Shown: positions 33,034 to 43,972, numbered from the stretch's first letter. The stretch: DNA of 64,000 bases from an uncultured Actinomycetota bacterium (GCA_963721495.1 CAVRMG010000010.1:10196-74195); one strand, 5' to 3'. A program made the numbers and translations. Notes: a model not told the origin generated them from the letters alone.

Positions 33034-34196
33034 GCTTGCGCGCAAAGGCCGCGATCGTCGGCATCGGCCAGACCGAATTCTCGAAGGAGTCGGGACGCAG
33101 CGAACTCCAACTCGCCTGCGAGGCAGTCAAAGCCGCGATCGACGACGCCGGTCTGGCCCCTAATGAGGTGGACGGCATGGTCACCTTCACGATGGATTCG
33201 AGCGACGAGATCGAGATTGCGCGCAATGTCGGGATCGGTGACCTGACGTTCTTCACCCGGGTTCACCACGGTGGGGGTGCGGCGGCGGGCACCGTGGTGC
33301 AGGCGGCGATGGCAGTCGCGACGGGCACGGCCAACGCCGTGGTGTGCTATCGAGCATTCAACGAACGGTCCGGTTTCCGGTTCGGCGGCGCGACAGCGCG
33401 AGCGACGGCCGAGACACCGATGTTCATGGCGAACTACGCGCCATTCGGCCTGTTGACGCCCGCAGCGTGGGTCGCGCTGCATGCCCAGCGGTACATGTCG
33501 ACCTACGGCGTCACCAACGAGGATTTCGGCACGATCTCCGTCGTCGACCGCGCCCACGCGGCACGCAACCCCGACGCGTGGTTCTACGAGCGTCCGATCA
33601 CCCTCGAGGACCACCAGAACTCGCGATGGGTCATCGAACCCGTGCTGCGCCTGCTCGACTGCTGCCAGGAGAGCGACGGCGGCGTCGCGATCGTCATCAC
33701 CAGTGCGGAGCGTGCCCGTGACCTTCGCCAGCCACCGGCGGTGATCACCGCGGCTGTTCAGGGCGCGGCCGCCGAGGGTGAGATGATGACGAGCTATTAC
33801 CGCGAGGACATCACAGGTCTGCCTGAGATGGGTGTGGTCGCCGAAAAGCTCTGGCGCGATTCGGGTCTCAAACCGTCAGATATCCAGACCGCATTTCTCT
33901 ACGACCACTTCACACCGTTCGTCTTTGCCCAACTGGAGGAGCTGGGCTTCTGCGGGCGCGGCGAGGCGAAGGACTTCGCGACGGTCGAAAGGCTCTCGCT
34001 CGGCGGGGAACTGCCGATCAACACGAACGGTGGACTGCTCGGTGAGGCGTACATCCACGGCATGAACGGCATCACCGAGGGTGTGCGGCAGGTGCGTGGC
34101 ACCTCTTACAACCAAGTCGACAACGTCGAACATGTGCTGGTCACCTCGGGAACCGGTGTTCCTACCAGCGCATTGATTCTCGAGTCCGCGGATTGA
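33030..34196 (+). CDS. thiolase-like aldolase, Ltp2-like
   Basis: GIGQTEFSKESGRSE, CCQESDGG, YDHFTP, NTNGGLLGEAYIHGMNG, SGTGVPTS. Confidence 0.92.
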   Translation: MSLRAKAAIVGIGQTEFSKESGRSELQLACEAVKAAIDDAGLAPNEVDGMVTFTMDSSDEIEIARNVGIGDLTFFTRVHHGGGAAAGTVVQAAMAVATGTANAVVCYRAFNERSGFRFGGATARATAETPMFMANYAPFGLLTPAAWVALHAQRYMSTYGVTNEDFGTISVVDRAHAARNPDAWFYERPITLEDHQNSRWVIEPVLRLLDCCQESDGGVAIVITSAERARDLRQPPAVITAAVQGAAAEGEMMTSYYREDITGLPEMGVVAEKLWRDSGLKPSDIQTAFLYDHFTPFVFAQLEELGFCGRGEAKDFATVERLSLGGELPINTNGGLLGEAYIHGMNGITEGVRQVRGTSYNQVDNVEHVLVTSGTGVPTSALILESAD

Positions 34197-34210
34197 TTCT
34201 CGAGGTATCC

Positions 34211-34813
34211 GTGACCACCGAGGCAACAGCTACTGACACGCGCGAGCTCATCATCGAGTCCGCGTTCGACTGCTTCCGTCGACACGGTCTTGACAAGACG
34301 ACCGTCGTCGACATCGCCAGGGCCGCCGACGTGTCTCGCAGCACGGTTTACGAGTACTTCCGCGATAAGGCGGCGATCGTGGAGGCGTGCGCAGAAGGTG
34401 CGTCTCAGAAGTTCTACCGCGAGATGGTCAAGGCGATGCGCAAGGGCGAGACGCTCGAGGACCAGCTGGTTCTCGCCGGAGTTTTTGTCACCAGGGCCCG
34501 ACGGTTCATCGAACCCGAGGACTACTTCGACGAGGACGAGGTGAGCCTGCTGCTCACCAAGAACGCCGCGGTGCTGCTGCGCGAATGTGCTGAGTTCCTC
34601 GGACCCTATCTCGCTGCGGCGAAACTCACGGGTGAGGTACGCAAGGGCCTTGACGTCGTTTCCGCAGGCGAGTGGTACGCCCGAATGCTCTTCTCACTGT
34701 TCAGCACTCCCTCGTCCACGTTGGACATGGACGATGACGATGTCGTCGCCGAGTTCGTCAGATCCCATGCGGTACGAGGATTCACCGGAGACCGCACCGG
34801 TCGGGTGAGGTAG
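34211..34813 (+). CDS. TetR-family regulator
   Basis: TRELIIESA...TTVVDIARAADVSRSTVYEYF; GTG 34211. Confidence 0.9.
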   Translation: MTTEATATDTRELIIESAFDCFRRHGLDKTTVVDIARAADVSRSTVYEYFRDKAAIVEACAEGASQKFYREMVKAMRKGETLEDQLVLAGVFVTRARRFIEPEDYFDEDEVSLLLTKNAAVLLRECAEFLGPYLAAAKLTGEVRKGLDVVSAGEWYARMLFSLFSTPSSTLDMDDDDVVAEFVRSHAVRGFTGDRTGRVR

Positions 34814-34822
34814 CACGATCGC

Positions 34823-35497
34823 TTATGGATCGATCGCGCCCTTGATGCCGTCCTCGATGGCCGCGCGCGCCGCGGGTGGTAACACAATCAAACCCTCGAG
34901 TTCCTGACGTGCCAGATCGTATGCGCGTTCACGTTCCTTTGGTGTCGCAGCCTCATTCGAGGCCACACGCAGTAGCCGCTGAGCACGCGCGATTCGCTGC
35001 TGTGAAGGCTCGGGGAAATCGTCGCGACGTCTGCGAATCGCTTCGGCCTCGGCAGCGTCGAATGCGGCGACGTAGTGTTCGACGGCGGCCAGGTAATCTC
35101 CGGCGGATTCTCGATCGTCCAACAGATCCTCTGCTCGTACCGGACGCAGCATGTCGACCCGGATCTTCGCCTTGTGAAACCGTTCGGTGAGAGGATCGCG
35201 GAGGTCGGTCATCAGGGGGAAGTCCAGCAGTTTGGCCGGGTCGAGTTCGTAATCCAGCCACCGTGAATCTGTTCGCGAATGCTCGTCGATCGCGCGCGTG
35301 ATGGTGCGCCACAGCGCGGCGGGATTGACGGTCGTGGGCCGTGTGGTTCCGGCGGCGATATCGGGCTCGTAGTCGGTTGGGGGCGCGTCGTCGCGTCGGT
35401 TCCTCGCAGAAGAGACCGCCTTGAACGCCGCGTAGATCGCGCCCGCGAGTGGCACGATCACGATCAACAGTTCAAGCAGTCGGAACAACAACCCCAT
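34823..35497 (-). CDS. hypothetical protein with N-terminal membrane anchor
   Basis: 224-aa ORF, hydrophobic N-terminus, WLDYELD..KLLDFP motif. Confidence 0.7.
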   Translation of the reverse strand: MGLLFRLLELLIVIVPLAGAIYAAFKAVSSARNRRDDAPPTDYEPDIAAGTTRPTTVNPAALWRTITRAIDEHSRTDSRWLDYELDPAKLLDFPLMTDLRDPLTERFHKAKIRVDMLRPVRAEDLLDDRESAGDYLAAVEHYVAAFDAAEAEAIRRRRDDFPEPSQQRIARAQRLLRVASNEAATPKERERAYDLARQELEGLIVLPPAARAAIEDGIKGAIDP

Positions 35498-35513
35498 CTC
35501 GCCAGGATGCCAG

Positions 35514-36653
35514 TTACGGATCGATGAACCACGATCCCTGGCGCAGAACCCCCGCTACCTGGAGGTCCGGGTCCAGCACGACAAGATCGGCAGCGCCTCC
35601 GGGGACGAGCCCGCCGAGCGGCAGCCCCAAGGCGCGCGCCGGGTTGATCGACGCCTGACACACCGCAGTCATCAGTGCCTCGTCTCGCGTGAGTCCGCTG
35701 TGGTTCACGGCGAAGCGGAACTGGTGGTCCATGGTCGCGGTGCTGCCGGCGATGGTCTGCGTTCCCGCCACGCGCGCGACACCGTCCACGACGTCCACCG
35801 CCAACGGTCCGAGGTGGTACGTCCCGTCGGTCATTCCGGCCGCGGAAATCGCGTCGGTGATCAACGACACCCGGTCTGGTCCCGCGCTGCGCGAAACATG
35901 TCGGTAGACCGCCGGATCGACGTGCACCCCGTCGGTGATCAGTTCGACCGTGACACGGGGATCTTCCAGGAGCGCTATGACGGGCCCCGGCTCGCGGGTG
36001 TTGATCGGGCGCATCGCGTTGAACAGGTGGGTGCCCACCGTCGCTCCCGCCGCAATCGCCGCCCGCGTCTGCTCGTACGTCGCCTCCGTGTGCCCCACCG
36101 CGGCCACCACACCCGCATCGACGATCCGCCCGATCGCCGCCAGTGCCCCGTCGCGTTCCGGCGCGATGGTGACCATGCGGAGGCACCCGGCGCCGGCTTC
36201 GAGCACGCGCGCGATCTCGGCAGGGTCGGGATCCCGCATCAGCGACGGCGCATGCGCCCCGCATCGGAGCGTGGACAGCCAGGGACCTTCCAGGTGGATC
36301 CCGTCGATCAGGCCTGCGCCGACGTCGCCGGCCAATCCCGCTACCTGGCGCAGTAACTCGTCCGGGGCGGCGGTGACCAATGAGGCGACGAGCGTGGTCG
36401 TCCCGTGCCTGCGATGGAAGTCGACGGCCGTGGCGGTATCCGAGGGCGCAGCGGCGGAGAAGTTCGTCCCTCCCCCACCGTGCACGTGAGTGTCGACGAA
36501 GCCTGGGACCACGGTCACCGCGCCGAGATCTCGGGCCGCCGGCCGTGGCGGTGCACCCTTTCCGGCCGCATCGACAACGCCGCTCGACACCTCAATCCAT
36601 CCGGGCCGCAACAGCTCTCGGCCCGTGAGCACGGTCTCGGCGGTCAACAGCAC
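35514..36653 (-). CDS. nagA: N-acetylglucosamine-6-phosphate deacetylase
   Basis: PGFVDTHVHG, GIHLEGPW, GAH, THLFNAM, DGVHV, IAGST. Confidence 0.96.
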   Translation of the reverse strand: MLLTAETVLTGRELLRPGWIEVSSGVVDAAGKGAPPRPAARDLGAVTVVPGFVDTHVHGGGGTNFSAAAPSDTATAVDFHRRHGTTTLVASLVTAAPDELLRQVAGLAGDVGAGLIDGIHLEGPWLSTLRCGAHAPSLMRDPDPAEIARVLEAGAGCLRMVTIAPERDGALAAIGRIVDAGVVAAVGHTEATYEQTRAAIAAGATVGTHLFNAMRPINTREPGPVIALLEDPRVTVELITDGVHVDPAVYRHVSRSAGPDRVSLITDAISAAGMTDGTYHLGPLAVDVVDGVARVAGTQTIAGSTATMDHQFRFAVNHSGLTRDEALMTAVCQASINPARALGLPLGGLVPGGAADLVVLDPDLQVAGVLRQGSWFIDP

Positions 36654-37439
36654 TCAGATGCCCTGCCATTCCGGCTTGGAGCGGTACGTCTCGCGGTAGT
36701 AGTCGACAAGTTGAAGGCGCCGTGCCGCCGCCTCGTCGAGCAGCACGGTCGCATGCGGATGTAGCTGCAGGATGGTGGCCGGCCACAGCGCGCTGATCGG
36801 GCCCTCGACGAGTTGATGCACGGCTTCGGCCTTGCGACGGCCGGTCGCCACCAGGATCAAGTGCCGGGCCTCCATGATGGTCGCCAGCCCCTGGGTGAGG
36901 CAGTGCGTCGGCACCGCATCGACGTCGTCGCCGAAGAAGCGCGCATTGTCCATCCGGGTCTGCATGGTCAGCGTCTTGATCCGGGTTCGTGAGCCCAACG
37001 ACGAACCCGGCTCGTTGAACGCGATGTGCCCGTCGGTACCGATGCCGAGGATCTGCAGGTCGACGCCACCCGCGTCCTGAATCGCGGCCTCGTACTCCGC
37101 GCACGCTGCCGGGATGTCGGCGGCCAGGCCGTCGGGGCCCTGCACGCCACCGGGAGCGAAGTCGACCTTGGAGACGAACACCTCGTCGATGACGGTGCGG
37201 TACCGCTGAGGGTGGTCGGCGGGCAGACCGACGTACTCGTCGAGGGTGAAGCCACGAGCCCCTCGGAACGAGATCAAGCCGGCGTCGCGGCGACGCGCGA
37301 GTTCGTCGTAGATCGCCAGCGGCGACGATCCGGTGGCCAGGCCCAGTACCGCCGCCGGTTTGCGGCCGAGCAGAGCGGTGATCGCATCGGCACCGACGCC
37401 GCCAATCTCGGTGGCGTCCTGCAGAATGACGACTTCCAT
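36654..37439 (-). CDS. nagB: glucosamine-6-phosphate deaminase
   Basis: LGLATGSSP, LDEYVGL, LGIGTDGHIAFNEPG, LQLHP. Confidence 0.97.
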   Translation of the reverse strand: MEVVILQDATEIGGVGADAITALLGRKPAAVLGLATGSSPLAIYDELARRRDAGLISFRGARGFTLDEYVGLPADHPQRYRTVIDEVFVSKVDFAPGGVQGPDGLAADIPAACAEYEAAIQDAGGVDLQILGIGTDGHIAFNEPGSSLGSRTRIKTLTMQTRMDNARFFGDDVDAVPTHCLTQGLATIMEARHLILVATGRRKAEAVHQLVEGPISALWPATILQLHPHATVLLDEAAARRLQLVDYYRETYRSKPEWQGI

Positions 37440-37910
37440 CTACTTGTGCGCGATGAAAAGGTCTGCCCCGGAGAGAATCTCAGCACCCTCGAGAACCGCT
37501 TCGGACGGGACGATGTTCCCGGGTTCCCGTTCGTCCATGACCACCACGGGCACAATGGGATTGAGCCCTTTGGCCTCCACCGAGGGGACGTCGTAGGTGA
37601 TGAGGACCTGCCCCACGGTCACCTGGTCGCCCTGGCTCACGTGTGCCGTGAACCCCTCGCCGTTCAACGAAACGGTGTCCAACCCGAGGTGGACGAGAAC
37701 TCCGACGTTGTCCGGCGTCATGACGATGTAGGCGTGCGGCATCAGTTTCAGCAGCTTGCCACTGACCGGGGCGACGGCGTCGATCACTTCCCGCGGTGGG
37801 TCGATCGCGGCGCCGTGGCCCACCATGCCTGCCGAGAACACCGGGTCGGGAACATCTGCGAGAGGAACGGCACGCCCGCCGACCGGCGCGAGGACCTGCG
37901 TCGAGTTCAC
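37440..37910 (-). CDS. crr: PTS glucose-family EIIA
   Basis: VPDPVFSAGMVG, APVSG, HA, VLVHLGLDTV; GTG 37910. Confidence 0.93.
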   Translation of the reverse strand: MNSTQVLAPVGGRAVPLADVPDPVFSAGMVGHGAAIDPPREVIDAVAPVSGKLLKLMPHAYIVMTPDNVGVLVHLGLDTVSLNGEGFTAHVSQGDQVTVGQVLITYDVPSVEAKGLNPIVPVVVMDEREPGNIVPSEAVLEGAEILSGADLFIAHK

Positions 37911-38042
37911 GTCGAGACTCCTTCTGCTCGTGCGCACCAACAATACGAGCGTGCCGGAAAGAGGGTCTGGACTTCGGCGTTTCCTCTAAGCTTCCGCTGA
38001 GCTTCGACGGCCAACAGCGTTGACGCAGAGGAGGTCTCCGCA

Positions 38043-39617
38043 ATGAGTGACGCATCGAAACCTACAGGAGTGCAAGAGAAGTCAGGCCTGCGCTTCCCTG
38101 GGTTCGCGCAGTTGCAGCGGCTGGGCAAGAGTTTGATGCTGCCGATCGCGGTGTTGCCTGCGGCAGGCATTCTGCTCCGGTTGGGCCAGCCCGACCTGCT
38201 GGGGAGGATCGAATCCCCCGTCATCGGGGACTTCTTCAAGGCGATGAGCGCGGCGGGCGACGCGCTGTTCAGCAACCTGGCCCTGCTCTTCGCTGTCGGT
38301 GTCGCGATCGGTTTCGCCAGGAAGGCCGACGGCTCCACCGCACTGTCGGCCGTCGTCGGCTACCTCGTGATGGAGGCGGTCTTCAAGACCATGTCGCCGA
38401 TCGTGCTGGCCGGCGAGCTCGATAAGGCAGGTGAGCAGGCTCAGATCAATTACAGCGTGTTCGCGGGAATCGTGATCGGCCTGGTGACGGCGTGGCTGTT
38501 CGACCGCTACCACACCATCCAACTGCCGTCCTATCTCGGATTCTTCGGGGGCAGGCGATTCGTGCCGATCGCGGTGTCCCTGGCCAGCCTGCTCATCGCG
38601 TTTGCGATGAGCTACCTCTATCCGTTCTTCGATGCGGGCTTGACCAGTCTCGGGGAGTTCATCGGCGGGTCTGGTGCGCTCGGTGCTTTCGTCTACGGGT
38701 TCGTCAACCGCATGCTCATCCCGCTGGGCCTGCACCACATCCCGAACTCGTACGTGTGGTTCCTCTACGGGGACTATCAGCCGCCGGGTGGCGAAGCCGT
38801 GACCGGTGAACTCACCCGGTTCGCCGCGGGTGATCCGACCGCGGGCATCCTCACGTCGGGCTTCTACCCGATCCTGATGTTCGGGCTGCCCGCCGCCGCG
38901 CTGGCAATGATCCATGTCGCCAACAAGAAGCAGCGAAAGGTCGCGGTCGGCATCCTGTCCGCGGCGGCGCTGACAGCGTTCCTTACCGGGATCACCGAGC
39001 CACTCGAGTTCGCGTTCATGTTCGTAGCGTTCCCGCTCTACGTGATCCACGCGCTGCTCACGGGCCTGTCACTGGCCATCGCGTACCTGCTCGACATCCA
39101 CCTGGGCTTCTCGTTCTCGGCGGGCCTGATCGACATGCTTCTGTTCAGCACCGCCCCGGCAGCGAAGAACATTCCTCTGCTGATCGGTATGGGTGTCGTG
39201 TTCTTCGTCGTCTATTACGTGCTGTTCCGGTTCGCGATCAAGAAATGGAACATGCGGACGCCGGGCCGGGAGCCCGAGAGCGAATTCGAGGCGGAGGAGC
39301 AGGCGAACCTCGGCGAGGGTGCCGATTCGGCGACCGCCGTGACGGCCGCGGGCGCGACCGCGACGCTGACCGCACCCACCCGCGCAGACAGCAAGGCCGA
39401 GCAGGTCATCGCCGCGTTCGGTGGACGGGAGAACCTCGTCAACGTCGACGCCTGCATCACCCGGCTGCGCGTGGAGGTGGCCGACAAGGGCGAGGTGGAT
39501 CAGGCCCGCCTGAAGACCCTCGGCGCCGCGGGCGTCATCGAGGTCGGCAGCAGCGTTCAGGCGGTCTTCGGCACCGATGCCGAGGCGTTGAAGAACGACA
39601 TCAACGAGATCCTCTGA
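38043..39617 (+). CDS. PTS GlcNAc/glucose EIICB (NagE/PtsG-like)
   Basis: [52 protein letters not shown]; divergent from crr-nagB-nagA. Confidence 0.93.
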   Translation: MSDASKPTGVQEKSGLRFPGFAQLQRLGKSLMLPIAVLPAAGILLRLGQPDLLGRIESPVIGDFFKAMSAAGDALFSNLALLFAVGVAIGFARKADGSTALSAVVGYLVMEAVFKTMSPIVLAGELDKAGEQAQINYSVFAGIVIGLVTAWLFDRYHTIQLPSYLGFFGGRRFVPIAVSLASLLIAFAMSYLYPFFDAGLTSLGEFIGGSGALGAFVYGFVNRMLIPLGLHHIPNSYVWFLYGDYQPPGGEAVTGELTRFAAGDPTAGILTSGFYPILMFGLPAAALAMIHVANKKQRKVAVGILSAAALTAFLTGITEPLEFAFMFVAFPLYVIHALLTGLSLAIAYLLDIHLGFSFSAGLIDMLLFSTAPAAKNIPLLIGMGVVFFVVYYVLFRFAIKKWNMRTPGREPESEFEAEEQANLGEGADSATAVTAAGATATLTAPTRADSKAEQVIAAFGGRENLVNVDACITRLRVEVADKGEVDQARLKTLGAAGVIEVGSSVQAVFGTDAEALKNDINEIL

Positions 39618-39627
39618 GAGCTTTGGC

Positions 39628-39689
39628 CGCCGAGTGTGAAGCCACTGCGAGCTTGAGGCGGAGTTTTCGCAACACGTTCACGCTCGGCG
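39628..39689. repeat. imperfect palindrome (REP-like or terminator) between convergent genes
   Basis: CGCCGAGTGTGAA...TTCACGCTCGGCG arms with inner TGCGA/TCGCA pairing. Confidence 0.65.
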
Positions 39690-39702
39690 AGGCCATGGCG
39701 AC

Positions 39703-40641
39703 TCAACTCGTCGCGTCACGGAAGGCCCCGACGAGTGACGACAGGATCTCGAGCGCCCGATCCTGGTCGGCGGTCAACGAAGCCGGGAACCGGATATCGG
39801 TGACGCCCGCTGCGACAAGTGCCGGAACTCCCGCCGCCGATGCCGCGTAGTCGATTGATCCATCGTCGGTTTTCTTTACCCGTGCGACGCCCTGAACCTG
39901 CAGATCGGTGGGATCGCCACCGAACTCGCGCACCTTGTCTTTCATCGCTGCGATCGCGCCGGGGATATCCGCGTAGGCGGCACCCCACGGGATCCAGCCG
40001 CTTCCGAAGCGCGCGATCCTGCGCGCAACCGCGTTGTTGACCGTGCCGCTGATCCATACGGGCACCCCGCCGGGCTGCACCGGCTTCGGCATCTGGTGAA
40101 TGCCCTCGAACGTCAGCTCGGCGGACTGATAGGACGCCCGTTGCTGCGTCCATAACGTCTGGCATACCTCAAGCGTGTGGTCGAGCAGCCGGCCGCGATT
40201 CTCAAAGGAGAGTCCGACGGCTTCGTATTCCTCGCGCTGCCAACCGACTCCGACCCCCAGGTCCACGCGGCCCTCCGACAGCACGTCCAGGGTGGCGAGC
40301 TGTTTAGCCAGGACTGCGGGACGTCGCAACGCGGCCAGCAGTATCGCGGTGCCCAGCCTGATGCGGGCCGTCGTGGCGGCGATCGCCGTCAGGACCGTCA
40401 ACGGCTCGAGCCAGCTTCCGTCCGGCCCGGTCGGCTGCCGACCGCCCGCCTGGCCGCCGATCGATGGGTCGGCATACGCGTCGAGATTCTCGCCGAACAC
40501 GACGTGGTCGGACACCACTAGCCGGTCTACTCCCGCCTCGTCCATCGCGCGCGCCAAACCAAGCGTCGCGCGCCAGTCATGCTGCGGAGCATCGGTGAAT
40601 GTGCCCAAATACAACGAGAGTTCGGGTTTGCGCGTCGTCAT
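39703..40641 (-). CDS. LLM-class F420-dependent oxidoreductase
   Basis: VVSDHV, EPLTVL, LDVLSEGRVDLGVGVGW. Confidence 0.9.
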   Translation of the reverse strand: MTTRKPELSLYLGTFTDAPQHDWRATLGLARAMDEAGVDRLVVSDHVVFGENLDAYADPSIGGQAGGRQPTGPDGSWLEPLTVLTAIAATTARIRLGTAILLAALRRPAVLAKQLATLDVLSEGRVDLGVGVGWQREEYEAVGLSFENRGRLLDHTLEVCQTLWTQQRASYQSAELTFEGIHQMPKPVQPGGVPVWISGTVNNAVARRIARFGSGWIPWGAAYADIPGAIAAMKDKVREFGGDPTDLQVQGVARVKKTDDGSIDYAASAAGVPALVAAGVTDIRFPASLTADQDRALEILSSLVGAFRDATS

Positions 40642-40719
40642 ACCTTCTCCGAATCCATGGATGATCCCACCGGTCCATCATCGCAACCTGCGACACGGGA
40701 CTACGCCGCGCTCGAGTGA

Positions 40720-41106
40720 TCAGCGTGCCTGCTGCAGATACACGCGGATGTTGCGGATCTTCTCGTCGCCGTCGAACTCGAACACGGTCAAAGAGTTCAC
40801 GACGGTGGTGCGCTCCTCGGCGAAGTGTCGCTCCTCGATTTCGAAATACACCAGGCCGGGCAGCTCGGTTATCTGCTTGACCGTGGTCTCGAAGGTGCCG
40901 ATCGAACCCGCCCACTGACACAACATCTGGACGTATTGCTGCCAATTGTGGACTTCGCGAAAAGTGCCGACACGCTCGAATTCGTCTACTGCAACCAACT
41001 GCGCCAGAGGGTTCCAGTCCTGCGGTTCATGCGCACTCGGCACCAACCGCTTCATGACCTCCTGATACTCCATCACCTTCCGGGTCAACGGTCCTTGTTC
41101 AGTCAC
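40720..41106 (-). CDS. small NTF2/SnoaL-like hypothetical protein
   Basis: EFERVG, EIEERH, VNSLTVFEFD..KIRNIRVY pattern; GTG 41106 inferred. Confidence 0.65.
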   Translation of the reverse strand: MTEQGPLTRKVMEYQEVMKRLVPSAHEPQDWNPLAQLVAVDEFERVGTFREVHNWQQYVQMLCQWAGSIGTFETTVKQITELPGLVYFEIEERHFAEERTTVVNSLTVFEFDGDEKIRNIRVYLQQAR

Positions 41107-41236
41107 ACCGATACTCCCGTCGACGAGACCGCGAGGAAGGATGTGCCGCGCGGAACAGTGCGCACCATTGTCCATTTCCCCAGTCGCAGCGATGCGAAAT
41201 CGAGCAGCACGAACCCATTGAAGTCAGCAGGAGCTT

Positions 41237-41266
41237 GCGTCGAAAGAGACGACACATGAGATTCTC
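41237..41266 (+). repeat. boundary motif copy A
   Basis: GCGTCGAAAGAGACGACACATGAGATTCTC aligns without gaps to copies B-E. Confidence 0.6.
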
Positions 41267-41323
41267 GAAAAGTAAGCCGCCATTGACCTCGTAGAGCAGG
41301 GTTCCGTGTGACATCCTGCGAGG

Positions 41324-43972
41324 GTGTCCGCGGGGGTTCCGCCGTCGGGGGTTGTGACGTTTCTGTTCACCGATATCGAGGGGTCGACCCGTCGGTGGGA
41401 AGACGACGCTGATGCAATGCGGGCGGCCCTCGTCGCGCATGACGAAGTGCTGCGCTGCGAAATCGAGGCGCACGGCGGTTTTCTGTTCAGTCACACGGGT
41501 GACGGGGTGGTCGCGGCGTTCGCTTCGCCGAAGGCGGCTGTCGACACGGCGGTCGCTGCACAGCGGACGCTGGAGTTGCCCGTTCGGATGGGCATTGCGA
41601 CCGGCGAAGCGGAGCTCCGGGACTCGGACTATTTCGGTACGGTGCTCAACCGCGCCGCACGGGTGATGGCCTCCGGCCACGGGGGTCAGATCCTCGTGGC
41701 CGACTCGACGGCAACGCTACTCAGCGGAGTGAAGTTGGTGAATCTGGGGCCGCGACGGTTACGGGATCTGCCTAACCCGATCACGGTGTATCAAGTTCAA
41801 GCGTCGGGCCTGGCTACGGACTTTCCGCCACTGCGGGGAGTCGCCTCGAATCCCGGCAACTTGCGTCCGGCGATCACGAACTTGATAGGCCGCGAAACTG
41901 ACGTCTCCGATATCCAAGCCGCCGTGCGTTCGCATCGACTGGTGACATTGATAGGCGTCGGTGGAGTTGGTAAGACCCGGCTTGCCTTGGATGTCGCCAC
42001 GCAATTGGCCGACGAATTCATCGACGGGGTATGGGTTTTTGAGTTGGCCGTGGTCGCCGACCCCGCTGCAGTACCGGATGCGGTGGCAGCGGTGTTGGGA
42101 ATCACTCAACAACCCGGCAAGAGCGTCAGCGACTCGGTGGCCTCGGCCCTGGAGGGCCGCTCGCGGCTATTGGTGTTCGATAACTGTGAGCACGTCGTAG
42201 ACAGCGTCGCGGATTTGGTCGATGCGATCCTCGCGGAATCGGCGACCGTGAAAGTCTTGGCCACCAGCCGCGAGGGAATTGGCGTCGCTGACGAGCAGTT
42301 GTGGCGGGTGCCGTCGCTGGACGTCGATGCGGCCGTGCAGTTATTTGTCGAACGCGCGCAGAGCATGGATGCGCGCGCGTTGGCTGAGGAGCTGGCCGCC
42401 GTGGAGGACGTGTGTCGTCGCCTTGACGGGATCCCGTTGGCGATCGAGTTGGCGGCCTCGCGGATGGCGTCGATGACGGCGGCGGAGGTGCGTGATCGTC
42501 TCGATGACCGGTTCAAACTTCTCGTGGGGTCACGACGCGGCGTGGAGCGCCACCAAACGCTGCGCCAGGCCGTGGCGTGGTCCTACGAGCTTCTGGACGA
42601 CGCGGAAAAATTGCTGTTGGAACGGTGTTCGGTGTTCGCCGGCGGGTTCGATTTGGAAAACGCCTGTGCGGTAGCAGGATTCGATGACCTCGACGACTAC
42701 GCCGTTCTCGACCTGCTTGACGCACTGGTGCGCAAGTCGCTGCTGATCGCCGACCGATCTTCGGGCCGGACCCGGTTTTCGATGCTGGAGACGATTCGCC
42801 AGTTCGCCGAGGAACAACTCGTTGCCCGCGGCGAGGTAGACGAAGTGCGCACCTCGCATGCCCGCCACTTCGCCGCTCGTGAAGCCGGCGTCCTCGCCCT
42901 GTGGGATAGCCCGCGACAGCGTGAGGCCTACGAATGGTTCGCCACCGAGTTGGCCAATCTGCGCACGGCGTTTCGGTGGGCAGCCGACCGCGGCGACCTC
43001 GACGATGCCGCCACCATCGCGACTTATGTGGCGTTCCTTGGCTTCTGGGTCGAAAACTACGAGCCCATCGCCTGGGCCGAAGAGTTGATCGAGCCGGCCC
43101 GTGCTGTCGACCATCCCCGGCTCGCGTTCCTGTATGTGATCGCCTCGCTGTGCATTATGTCCGGACGGGTTGACGCGGGTGTGCGTTACCGCGACGCAGG
43201 CATGGCGGTTGTTGAGAGCGGCCGGGGCGAGGTGCCGTTCGGCATCGAAGGCCTGCTGTGCTTCGGGTACATCAACGCAGGCCAGCCTGAACTGGCCGTC
43301 GATTGGTGCCGCAGCCGGGTTCAGAGCGGTCGCGCCACGCACACAGGTGCGAGGGTAACCCTCATCGTCTCCCTGGCCGCCGCCCAGTCTGATGAGGAGG
43401 CGATCGCAGCCACTGCGGGGCTGATCGAAGCCGCGGAGGCCACCCGCAATCCGTGGGCGCTCTCATACGCACTACTCGCCTTCGGTGTCGCCCACCTACA
43501 TGCCGATCCGGTAGGTGCTCTCAAGGCCTGTCGCCGCGGGCTGCAGGTCGCCGAAGGAAGTGGCAACCGCGGCAACGGGACAACCCTGGCGACCATTGCT
43601 GCCCGAATCGAGGGCGAATACGGTGACTCGCTCCGCGCGCTCCACTACATCGCCGTTGCGATCCACAATCACCACGACTCGGGTAGCCCAACGAACATGC
43701 GAATCCCTATAGCTACCCTCTCTACGGTTCTTGACCGGATGGGACGCTACGAACCCGCAGCCATAATCGCGGGTTGCGCGTCAACTCCCTTCGCCATGGC
43801 GACATACCCTGAACTTCTCACTACGACAGCACATCTGCGCACTGTCCTCGGTGGCCAACAGTTCGACTCGTTCGCACGAAAAGGCGAGACAATGAGCACC
43901 GCCGAGATCGCCGCCTACGCCTACGACCAAATCGACGAGGCCCGAGCGGCACTCAACGCCGCCTCGAAATAG
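41324..43972 (+). CDS. class III nucleotide cyclase-STAND NTPase-TPR-like protein, copy 1
   Basis: FLFTDIEGST, HTGDG, LNRAARV; Walker A GVGGVGKT, Walker B LLVFDNCEH, ATSRE, DGIPLAIELAA; helical C-terminus; no LuxR HTH visible. Confidence 0.92.
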   Translation: MSAGVPPSGVVTFLFTDIEGSTRRWEDDADAMRAALVAHDEVLRCEIEAHGGFLFSHTGDGVVAAFASPKAAVDTAVAAQRTLELPVRMGIATGEAELRDSDYFGTVLNRAARVMASGHGGQILVADSTATLLSGVKLVNLGPRRLRDLPNPITVYQVQASGLATDFPPLRGVASNPGNLRPAITNLIGRETDVSDIQAAVRSHRLVTLIGVGGVGKTRLALDVATQLADEFIDGVWVFELAVVADPAAVPDAVAAVLGITQQPGKSVSDSVASALEGRSRLLVFDNCEHVVDSVADLVDAILAESATVKVLATSREGIGVADEQLWRVPSLDVDAAVQLFVERAQSMDARALAEELAAVEDVCRRLDGIPLAIELAASRMASMTAAEVRDRLDDRFKLLVGSRRGVERHQTLRQAVAWSYELLDDAEKLLLERCSVFAGGFDLENACAVAGFDDLDDYAVLDLLDALVRKSLLIADRSSGRTRFSMLETIRQFAEEQLVARGEVDEVRTSHARHFAAREAGVLALWDSPRQREAYEWFATELANLRTAFRWAADRGDLDDAATIATYVAFLGFWVENYEPIAWAEELIEPARAVDHPRLAFLYVIASLCIMSGRVDAGVRYRDAGMAVVESGRGEVPFGIEGLLCFGYINAGQPELAVDWCRSRVQSGRATHTGARVTLIVSLAAAQSDEEAIAATAGLIEAAEATRNPWALSYALLAFGVAHLHADPVGALKACRRGLQVAEGSGNRGNGTTLATIAARIEGEYGDSLRALHYIAVAIHNHHDSGSPTNMRIPIATLSTVLDRMGRYEPAAIIAGCASTPFAMATYPELLTTTAHLRTVLGGQQFDSFARKGETMSTAEIAAYAYDQIDEARAALNAASK

